DNA from: Oscillospiraceae bacterium
Lineage (GTDB): Bacteria > Bacillota > Clostridia > UBA1212 > SIG427
Reading direction: 5' to 3'
Length of the DNA stretch: 64,000 bases
NCBI GenBank assembly: GCA_015069135.1
Contig: SVJE01000006.1
Span: 19,643 to 83,642, forward strand
Shown in pieces: positions 19,053 to 26,644 of the stretch (within the stretch, counting starts at the first letter, position 1; the number at the start of each line of letters is the position of its first letter). The notes under the pieces were generated by a model, which was not told where the DNA came from, did no database searches, and saw only the letters and a program-made list of their open reading frames with translations. Both the position numbers and the translations under genes were made by a program.

Positions 19053-19955
19053 CTATTTGTTGACACAATGCAAGAAAATTTGCTGTTTATTTACCAAAGG
19101 AAAAGTAATAAGAGTTTTGCTGTCCGGTTTTGTTTTGTTAATATCAACAGCGGAAATTTGTCGGTTTTCGTAAGTGGTGTAATAATAGATTCCTTTATGC
19201 TGATTCATGCAGGAAGTATATCTTGTGGTTACGTATTTTCCATTCTTTACATTAATCCCTTCCACCTGAGAAACTGTATCCATAATGTGAAAAAACTGTG
19301 TTACACTGTCAGTTTCATTTTTACCGGGGACAGACTTTGATTTAATATATGCAGCCCGGGTAAATCTGGAAGGTGATTCAAAATCTCCGGGAAGAGTGGA
19401 AATATTGTCTGTAACATTAAGTTGCTGTAAGTAAAATGGCGGATTGTTAGCAAGGACTCCTATAGAGTTATCATAAATCATAAGACCGCCTGCTGTGGAT
19501 TCTACGGTAATAGCTTCTTTTTTGTCAGCAATTATCCAATGAAGTGGTGTGTTTGGATATCTGGCACTAAAAGGTGTATCTGTAATGTTAATATTTTTCA
19601 ACTGTTCACGGACATCGGTCATGTTTTTACACCGGCGTAAAATCCAGGGAATAAACTCAAAAGGCGCTATGTTGGTAAAATCCTTTTTTTCAGCAAAATA
19701 CTCTGCATTTCCCGGAAAATTTAATGCAGCCATAGCAACCCCATGGTTGTTCATTGCATCATAGTAGAGAGGATAACCATTAACAACAGTTGCCATCCCT
19801 ATAACAGGAAAAAGTCTACGGGGTGTTTTTTCGTGACGAAATGTAAACTTGTAGTTTTTAGGTGTTATAACCACCTGTTCGTCATAACCGTACTCAAGGT
19901 CCAGGGTACGGCCGAAATATGAGTTTTTGTTTTTAAGAAAAATTGCTGTACACAT
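19053..19955 (-). CDS. Choloylglycine hydrolase / linear amide C-N hydrolase (Ntn-hydrolase, BSH/PVA family)
   Basis: Begins MCTAIF, the N-terminal nucleophile Cys2 characteristic of the BSH/PVA family. 300 aa. Confidence 0.7.
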   Translation of the reverse strand: MCTAIFLKNKNSYFGRTLDLEYGYDEQVVITPKNYKFTFRHEKTPRRLFPVIGMATVVNGYPLYYDAMNNHGVAMAALNFPGNAEYFAEKKDFTNIAPFEFIPWILRRCKNMTDVREQLKNINITDTPFSARYPNTPLHWIIADKKEAITVESTAGGLMIYDNSIGVLANNPPFYLQQLNVTDNISTLPGDFESPSRFTRAAYIKSKSVPGKNETDSVTQFFHIMDTVSQVEGINVKNGKYVTTRYTSCMNQHKGIYYYTTYENRQISAVDINKTKPDSKTLITFPLVNKQQIFLHCVNK

Positions 19956-20043
19956 GGAAGTAGTATGTGTTGTACTTCAAATAATATTCAAATTTGAAAA
20001 ATTTTGATATAATGAAAACACTACTTACATTAAGAGGTGTTAT

Positions 20044-21231
20044 ATGCAGGAAATTAAATGTCCTAAATGCGGAGAAGTGTTTCAGGTAGACCAGGCTGGC
20101 TATGCAGCTATTGTAAAGCAAGTAAGGGATACTGAATTTAATAAAGAGCTTTCAGAAAGAGAAGGCTTACTTAAAGAGCGTCAGCAGACTGCGGTTAAAC
20201 TTGCCCAGGCAGAAACTGCAGAAAAACTTAATGAGAAATTAAGTGAAAAAGAAAAGGAAATTGCTGAGCTTAAGGCTAAGCTTCTGGCCAGTGAAACTGA
20301 AAAGAAACTGGCAGTTACTGAAGCTGTAGCTTATAAAGATCAGGAGATTATAACCCTTAACAGTAAGATTCATACCAGTGAACAAGAAGCAAAACTTAAA
20401 GAACAGAATCTTAAAGAAAGTTATGAGCTTAAGCTTAAGAGTAAAGACGAGGAAGTGGCATTTTACAAAGATCTTAAAGCAAAGCAATCCACTAAGATGG
20501 TGGGGGAAACTCTTGAACAACATTGTGAAATTGAATTTAACAGGTTAAGAGCTACCGGCTTTAAGAATGCCTATTTTGAAAAAGATAACGATGCCAGAAG
20601 TGGTAGTAAAGGTGACTACATTTTCAGGGATTTTGATGATAACAGAATGGAGTTTATCTCAATTATGTTTGAAATGAAAAATGAAATGGATGAAACTGCC
20701 ACAAAACATAAAAACGAAGATTTTCTTAAAGAGCTTGATAAGGACCGTAGAGAGAAAAACTGTGAATATGCTGTTTTGGTTTCCTTACTGGAAGCAGACA
20801 GTGAGCTGTACAATTCCGGTATTGTTGATATGTCTCATCGCTATGAAAAAATGTATGTTATCCGTCCCCAGTTCTTTATTCCTATGATTACACTGCTTCG
20901 TAATGCGGCACTTAATTCTTTGGAATACAAACAGGAATTGGTAACAGTGCAGAATCAGAATATAGACATATCTAATTTTGAAAATGAAATAAATGATTTC
21001 AAAACAAAATTTGCATACAACTACAGACTTGCCAGTGATAAGTTTAAAAAGGCTATAGACGAGATTGATAAGACTATTGACCATTTACAGAAAACAAAAG
21101 AGGCTTTATTGTCATCAGAAAATAATTTAAGATTAGCTAACAACAAAGCTGAGGATTTGACTATTAAAAAGCTTACAAGAAATAATCCTACAATGGCTGC
21201 TAAGTTTGCTGAATTAAAAGAGGAAGAATAA
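20044..21231 (+). CDS. DUF2130-family protein (N-terminal zinc ribbon + long coiled coil)
   Basis: [28 protein letters not shown] followed by a Glu/Lys-rich heptad region. First gene of a five-gene operon. Confidence 0.55.
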   Translation: MQEIKCPKCGEVFQVDQAGYAAIVKQVRDTEFNKELSEREGLLKERQQTAVKLAQAETAEKLNEKLSEKEKEIAELKAKLLASETEKKLAVTEAVAYKDQEIITLNSKIHTSEQEAKLKEQNLKESYELKLKSKDEEVAFYKDLKAKQSTKMVGETLEQHCEIEFNRLRATGFKNAYFEKDNDARSGSKGDYIFRDFDDNRMEFISIMFEMKNEMDETATKHKNEDFLKELDKDRREKNCEYAVLVSLLEADSELYNSGIVDMSHRYEKMYVIRPQFFIPMITLLRNAALNSLEYKQELVTVQNQNIDISNFENEINDFKTKFAYNYRLASDKFKKAIDEIDKTIDHLQKTKEALLSSENNLRLANNKAEDLTIKKLTRNNPTMAAKFAELKEEE

Positions 21232-22227
21232 ATGCCATTAAAAATAATCAGACAGGATATAACTAAAATAAAGGCAGATGCCATAGTAAACCCCACCAAC
21301 AAGTATATGAGGCCCGGTGGGGGAACTGATGCTGCCATTCATAAAGCTGCCGGCAAGAAACTTATGATGGAATGTATTTCTTTAGGCGAATGTCCTGAAG
21401 GAGAGGCTCGAATAACAAAAGGCTATAATCTCCCAAGTAAATACGTTATACATACTGCAGGTCCGGTGTGGAGAGACGGGCAGTGTGGTGAAAAGGAAAT
21501 TTTGGAATCTTGCTATAGAGAATGTCTTAATTTAGCTGCTGAATATAAATTAGAAAGCATTGCTTTTCCATTAATATCTTCGGGGTTGTATGGTTTTCCT
21601 AAAGACAGTGTGCTTAAAATAGCTATACAAGTTATAGGTCAGTTTTTGTTTGAAAATGAGATTGATGTATATATAGTTGTGTTTGATAAAACTGCTTATC
21701 AGCTTAGTGAGAAACTTTTTAAGGATGTTACTTCATACATTGATGATAACTATGTGGATGAACATTCGGATTGTTTTGCAAGAACTTATAGTATGCCTTC
21801 AGTTGGAATGGCTTATAGTTGTCCTTCTCCGGTTGACTGTTGCAGCGTAGAAAAAAAGGCAGATTTAGATTCCATGCTTGACAACTTAGATGAAAGTTTT
21901 TCTCAGATGTTGCTTCGCAAAATAGATGAAAAGGGCATGACGGATGTACAGTGCTATAAAAAAGCAAATATCAACAGAAAACTTTTTTCGAAAATCAGAA
22001 GCGATGTAAACTATAAGCCCAGCAAACCTACCGTAATTGCTTTTGCTGTTTCTCTGGAGTTAACACTTGAGGAAACAGAAGAAATGCTTAAAAAGGCTGG
22101 TTTTGCCCTTTCTCACAGCAATAAGTTTGATATTATAATTGAATTCTTTATAACTAACGGCAAATATGATATTTTTGAAATAAACGAGACTTTATTTGCC
22201 TTTGACCAAAGTTTGTTAGGAGCGTGA
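21232..22227 (+). CDS. Macro-domain protein (ADP-ribose binding / O-acetyl-ADP-ribose deacetylase-like) fused to C-terminal XRE-type HTH
   Basis: Macro motifs NPTN...GGGTDAAIHKAAG, KYVIHTAGPVW and IAFPLISSGLYGFP. The C-terminal ~90 aa (LLRKIDEKGMTDVQCYKKANINRKLFSKIRSD) resembles a Cro/C1 HTH. The start codon abuts the previous stop. Confidence 0.7.
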   Translation: MPLKIIRQDITKIKADAIVNPTNKYMRPGGGTDAAIHKAAGKKLMMECISLGECPEGEARITKGYNLPSKYVIHTAGPVWRDGQCGEKEILESCYRECLNLAAEYKLESIAFPLISSGLYGFPKDSVLKIAIQVIGQFLFENEIDVYIVVFDKTAYQLSEKLFKDVTSYIDDNYVDEHSDCFARTYSMPSVGMAYSCPSPVDCCSVEKKADLDSMLDNLDESFSQMLLRKIDEKGMTDVQCYKKANINRKLFSKIRSDVNYKPSKPTVIAFAVSLELTLEETEEMLKKAGFALSHSNKFDIIIEFFITNGKYDIFEINETLFAFDQSLLGA

Positions 22228-22231
22228 AAAT

Positions 22232-22582
22232 ATGGTTAAATTTATTTGTTATCCCAAATGTACTACTTGTCAGAAAGCTAAAAAATGGCTGGATGATAAT
22301 AGTGTTGAATATGAATTAAGAGATATAAAGCTTGATAATCCTTCTCTTAAAGAATTGGAGCATTGGTATAAATTAAGCGGACAACCATTAAAGAAGTTTT
22401 ATAATACCAGCGGTCTTTTATACAAGTCCATGGCCATTAAAGATAAACTTCCTTCTATGAGTGATGAGGAAATGCTTAAACTTCTGGCTTCAGACGGAAT
22501 GTTGGTTAAAAGGCCTTTGGTCATAGGAGATGATTTTGTTCTTATAGGCTTTAAGGAAGCAGAGTGGAAATGTCTCCTGTGA
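22232..22582 (+). CDS. ArsC/Spx-family thioredoxin-fold protein
   Basis: MVKFICYPKCTTCQKAKKWL has an N-terminal CxxC like Spx, YffB or ArsC. 116 aa. Confidence 0.6.
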   Translation: MVKFICYPKCTTCQKAKKWLDDNSVEYELRDIKLDNPSLKELEHWYKLSGQPLKKFYNTSGLLYKSMAIKDKLPSMSDEEMLKLLASDGMLVKRPLVIGDDFVLIGFKEAEWKCLL

Positions 22583-22672
22583 AGCGACCTTTTGTATTAA
22601 TATAACCTGTAAAATGTGATTGTAAGGTTATTAAACCTGCAATCACATTTTTATTTTATCGGAGGTTATATT

Positions 22673-23323
22673 ATGAAAAACAACATTACTGAATTAGTAT
22701 TTATTTTGGACAGAAGCGGTTCTATGGCAGGATTGGAAGCTGACACTATCGGTGGATTTAACTCAATGATTGAAAAGCAGAAGAAACTTGATGATAAGTG
22801 TTATGTATCAACGGTGCTTTTTGACAGTGTTAGTGAAGTGCTTCACGACAGAGTGGAACTTAGGGATATTAAGCCTATGACGGAAGACGAATATTTTACC
22901 AGAGGATGTACCGCACTTCTTGATGCCATTGGCGGTGCCATTCACCATATAGGAAATATTCACAAATATGCCCGCCCTGAAGATGTGCCTGAGCACACAA
23001 TGTTTGTAATCACCACAGACGGAATGGAGAATGCCAGTCACAAATATTCTTCAAGAAAAGTTAAGGCAATGATAGAAAGACAGAAAGAAAAGTATGGCTG
23101 GGAGTTTATATTCATAGGTGCAAACATTGACGCTGTGGAAACAGCAGCCAGGTATGGAATAGCACCTGAACGAGCTGTTAATTACAACGCAGATAAAGAA
23201 GGCACCAAGGTTTTGTATCAGACTGTTTCTAAGGCAGTGGGCCAGGTAAGATGTTCTGCACCGTTAGATGACAGCTGGAGTATGGACATTGATAATGATT
23301 ACAAAAAGAGAGGGAAGAAATAA
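22673..23323 (+). CDS. von Willebrand factor type A domain protein
   Basis: MIDAS motif DRSGSM plus downstream T and D positions. GGAGG RBS in front of ATG 22673. Confidence 0.6.
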   Translation: MKNNITELVFILDRSGSMAGLEADTIGGFNSMIEKQKKLDDKCYVSTVLFDSVSEVLHDRVELRDIKPMTEDEYFTRGCTALLDAIGGAIHHIGNIHKYARPEDVPEHTMFVITTDGMENASHKYSSRKVKAMIERQKEKYGWEFIFIGANIDAVETAARYGIAPERAVNYNADKEGTKVLYQTVSKAVGQVRCSAPLDDSWSMDIDNDYKKRGKK

Positions 23324-24141
23324 TGAAGAAAACAAAATTAGCAGGTGAAATTTTAGGAGATGTTGTAGGATCTGTGTATGAATTTGATAACATTAAAACA
23401 AAAGAGTTTCCTTTGTTTGGCAAGTATTGTATGTTCACTGATGATACAGTTCTTACATTGGCAGTAGCCAAGTCTTTGTGTGAGACTGATGCTCATAAGG
23501 ATATTGAAGATTTTAAGAAGAGGTTGGTTTATAATATGCATCTTTTAGGACATGAATATCCTGATGCAGGTTTTGGGGGAAGATTTATGAATTGGCTGGA
23601 AACAGGAAACAAGGAACCGTATAACAGCTGTGGTAACGGCTCTGCTATGAGAGTTTCTCCTGTTGGCTGGTATGCTGAAAGTTTAGAAGAGGCAGAAGCC
23701 CTTGCTACAGCCTCTGCAGAAGTTACTCATAATCATCCTGAAGGAATTAAGGGTGCCGTTTCAGTGGCAGGAGCTATTTATCTTGCAAGAACAGGGGTCG
23801 GTAAAAAGGAAATCTATGAATATTGTAAAAAGTTCTATAATCTTGATTTTACTTTAGATGAAATCAGACCCACATATTATTTTGTGGAAACTTGTCAGGA
23901 AAGTGTACCTCAGGCATTAGTAGCTTTTTTTGAAAGTGAATCATTTGAGGATGCCATAAGAAATGCAATTTCTATAGGTGGTGACAGTGACACTATAGCT
24001 GCTATTACAGGATCTATAGCAGAGGCATTTTACGGCATTGACGAAGATCTTGAAGAAGCAGCCCTTTCATATCTGGATGAGAGATTGCTTAATATTGTGG
24101 ATTTGTTTGCAGATAAAATAAGGGACACCCAAAACCGATAA
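23323..24141 (+). CDS. ADP-ribosylglycohydrolase (DraG/ARH family)
   Basis: GDVVGSVYEF, CGNGSAMRVSPVG and GGDSDTIAAITG blocks are typical of the ARH fold. Start overlaps the vWA stop (TAATG). Confidence 0.75.
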   Translation: MKKTKLAGEILGDVVGSVYEFDNIKTKEFPLFGKYCMFTDDTVLTLAVAKSLCETDAHKDIEDFKKRLVYNMHLLGHEYPDAGFGGRFMNWLETGNKEPYNSCGNGSAMRVSPVGWYAESLEEAEALATASAEVTHNHPEGIKGAVSVAGAIYLARTGVGKKEIYEYCKKFYNLDFTLDEIRPTYYFVETCQESVPQALVAFFESESFEDAIRNAISIGGDSDTIAAITGSIAEAFYGIDEDLEEAALSYLDERLLNIVDLFADKIRDTQNR

Positions 24142-24172
24142 AAATATGATTTGGGTGTGATTTTAAGACAAA

Positions 24173-24221
24173 AAGGAACCCAAAGTTGTAAAGTTTTACT
24201 TCGTTGGGTTCCTCTTTTTTT
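24173..24221 (+). terminator. Terminator of the five-gene operon
   Basis: GGAACCCAA, 20-nt loop, TTGGGTTCC, followed by T8. Confidence 0.6.
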
Positions 24222-24242
24222 GAGCTTTTAGGCGTTTTTTCG

Positions 24243-24288
24243 GTAAAAAGGAACCCAAATGTGGTGCTTTTTTTGTTTTGGGTTCCCT
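24243..24288 (-). terminator. Terminator for the minus-strand GTPase-like gene
   Basis: Minus strand GGGAACCCAAA...TTTGGGTTCC followed by TTTTT. Confidence 0.6.
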
Positions 24289-24299
24289 AAATACTGATA

Positions 24300-24827
24300 T
24301 TATTTTTCTAAAATTACATTAACTAATTCTTCAATTGAATCTCCCCAGTTTTCATCAGGGAATGAGATGGCTTTTTCTGCAGAACCACGGACTATTGGAG
24401 CTTTGCCGGTATAGCCGTATTCTTCCAACAGGTTTTGCACATCTTCAGGAATGGCATCGTATAAAAATTCATCCTCATAAAAATCTTCCTGAAATATATC
24501 ATATTTGCTTAAGTACATTACAATTTTATTTATACCATTTTCAAGGCACAGCTTTATTTGTTGTCTGGTACCTCCCATGGCACCTTCTGCCTGTGGGCAT
24601 ACCAAAACTACAACATCAATATCACATTTGTAATTTTCAAAGAAATCTTCGTATTGATAGTCCCCTGAAAAATCAAAAAAATTAAGCATTTTACCCTTTA
24701 AGCTAAGGGTAGTTAAAGAAGTGCCTTCCATAGGCTCGTTAACCCGTATGGTTTCCGAATCAAGTCCCAATCTTTTGTTAAGTACAACTGAAATTGCTTT
24801 GTTAAGAGTTGTTTTGCCATGATCCAA
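24300..24827 (-). CDS. Stand-alone EF-Tu domain-I-like GTP-binding protein (G domain only)
   Basis: Aligns to the EF-Tu G domain: G1 (GN)LDHGKTTL, G3 DFSGD (EF-Tu DCPGH), G4 SKYD (EF-Tu NKCD), G5 SAEKA. Ends where EF-Tu domain I ends. The only canonical start is TTG 24827, inside the P-loop. An in-frame ATT/ATA lies 2-5 nt after the upstream stop. Confidence 0.55.
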   Translation of the reverse strand: MDHGKTTLNKAISVVLNKRLGLDSETIRVNEPMEGTSLTTLSLKGKMLNFFDFSGDYQYEDFFENYKCDIDVVVLVCPQAEGAMGGTRQQIKLCLENGINKIVMYLSKYDIFQEDFYEDEFLYDAIPEDVQNLLEEYGYTGKAPIVRGSAEKAISFPDENWGDSIEELVNVILEK

Positions 24828-24847
24828 ATTACCGCAAATTAAAATAT

Positions 24848-25459
24848 TTATTGATTAAATCTACCTTCTTCTAATGTTTTGTTTCTGTAATAATATTTTT
24901 TATCTTCCTCAGTTATTCTACGGATAACTTTACAAGGATTTCCTAAAGCCAGGGACCACTCTGGTATATCTTTTGTAACAACACTGCCGGCCCCGATTAC
25001 TGAATTGTCTCCAATGTGAACCCCGGGACATATTACTACATTTCCGCCAATCCATACGTTATTACCAATTGTGATTTCCATACCGTATTCGTAACCTGTA
25101 TTTCTTATATCAGGATGAAGTGGGTGACCTGCAGTATAAAGGGAAACATTTGGTCCAAGCATACAGTTGTCACCAAATGTAACTTTCGCATTATCTAAAA
25201 TAACACAGTTGTAGTTTGCAAAGAAATTTTTACCTACAAATATATTTGAACCATAGTCACAACAAAAAGGGGGATTTATAAATGTGGTTTCGTCAGACTT
25301 ACCTAAAAGTTTGTTTACTATTGAACGGATTTTATCAAAATCTGCTCTGTCCACAGTGTTCATTTCCTGTGTAAGTCTGCGGGTTTCTTTCATTTCTGCC
25401 CAATCATCCTGGTCAGGAAAGAATAAAAGGCCTTTGTTTCTTCTGTCTCTGGTGCTCAT
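24848..25459 (-). CDS. Hexapeptide-repeat O-acetyltransferase (maltose/galactoside O-acetyltransferase family)
   Basis: Left-handed beta-helix repeats and conserved ...YTAGHPLHPD...IGNNVWIGGNVVI. Start at MSTRDRR. Confidence 0.75.
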   Translation of the reverse strand: MSTRDRRNKGLLFFPDQDDWAEMKETRRLTQEMNTVDRADFDKIRSIVNKLLGKSDETTFINPPFCCDYGSNIFVGKNFFANYNCVILDNAKVTFGDNCMLGPNVSLYTAGHPLHPDIRNTGYEYGMEITIGNNVWIGGNVVICPGVHIGDNSVIGAGSVVTKDIPEWSLALGNPCKVIRRITEEDKKYYYRNKTLEEGRFNQ

Positions 25460-25614
25460 ATAATGCTCCTCTTTATAAATATTTTTAATAATTATCTGTG
25501 TTTTTTTAGTCCATGTCAATGAATTTATAGTTATGTGACTTTATCACAGAAAGGATATAAAAGTTTGGATATAATATAACCATAAAAGAAAACAACTTAT
25601 AGGAGGTACAAACA

Positions 25615-25920
25615 ATGTTTGCATTAGAAATTAATAAAAATAATTTTCACGAAGAAGTAATGAATTCTGATAAACCGGTGCTTTTGGACTTCTGGGCACC
25701 ATGGTGCGGACCTTGCCGTATGGTGGTTCCCATAGTTGAGGAAATTGCTAAAGAGCGAGAAGATATAAAGGTGGGTAAAATCAATGTAGACGAAAATCCT
25801 GAGCTTGCTTCTGCATTCGAAATAATGAGTATACCTACACTGATGGTTATAAAAAACGGAGAAGTGGTAAACCAAATCTCCGGTGCCAGATCTAAAAATC
25901 AGATTTTAGCAATGGTGTAA
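25615..25920 (+). CDS. trxA: Thioredoxin
   Basis: WAPWCGPCR active site. 101 aa. Confidence 0.85.
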   Translation: MFALEINKNNFHEEVMNSDKPVLLDFWAPWCGPCRMVVPIVEEIAKEREDIKVGKINVDENPELASAFEIMSIPTLMVIKNGEVVNQISGARSKNQILAMV

Positions 25921-26539
25921 TTTCAATAGTACCACGGGATAATTTTACAAGGCCTTCCTCCTGAAAATATTTAAGCATTCTGGTGACTACTTCTCTGTGA
26001 GTGCCTAAATGGTTAGCAATAATCTCGTGTGTTATTTTAAGTGTATCAGAGTTTTCTAAGGTTGCCTCTTCCAAAAGGAATGAGGCAATTCTTTTGTCTA
26101 AACTTTTCCAGAGTATTTGCTCTATAAGCCACATTACTTCAGAAAAACGGCTGGCTATTATTTCATTGGTATAGTTGGCTAAAATTGCAGACTCTGCCAT
26201 TATGTTTTTGTAAATTTCCGGAGGAATAATAAACATTTCTGTGTCTTTTTCTGCTTCAATAGTTATATCAAACTGAATGGAATTCATAATGCATGAAGCG
26301 GAGAATAGGCAAATGTCGTATTCAAAAAGTCTGTATATTGTAATTTCACGGCCTTCTTCAGACAGAATGTAAGCCCGGAGGCGACCGCTTTTTACCAGCA
26401 CAAGACCGGTACAGTCATTGCTTCCGTTATGAATAACTGTGCCTTTTGGAACTGTGCGGGAAATTGCAGCTTCGGATATTTTGTTTTGTTGGTCAGAAGT
26501 TAGTTTCTGCCAGATGGGAAAGTAGTCTTTAATATTCAT
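25892..26539 (-). CDS. Crp/Fnr family transcriptional regulator
   Basis: cNMP-binding beta-roll followed by a C-terminal HTH (ITHEIIANHLGTHREVVTRMLK). Its 3' end overlaps trxA convergently by 29 nt. Confidence 0.7.
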   Translation of the reverse strand: MNIKDYFPIWQKLTSDQQNKISEAAISRTVPKGTVIHNGSNDCTGLVLVKSGRLRAYILSEEGREITIYRLFEYDICLFSASCIMNSIQFDITIEAEKDTEMFIIPPEIYKNIMAESAILANYTNEIIASRFSEVMWLIEQILWKSLDKRIASFLLEEATLENSDTLKITHEIIANHLGTHREVVTRMLKYFQEEGLVKLSRGTIEITPLLKSDF

Positions 26540-26644
26540 AAGAGGATTATATCATGAAAAAACCAAGCGGGAAAGTAAGTTGATTTCATTTTATAATAAG
26601 TATAAAATATTAATAGCATTTGTTGGTCTTTTGGAGTGAATATT

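Noticed and set aside
25892-25920. 29-nt convergent overlap between the trxA and crp 3' ends
   Set aside because: It is probably real but unremarkable. Alternatively the Crp C-terminus is shorter than called. I cannot resolve this without homolog alignment.
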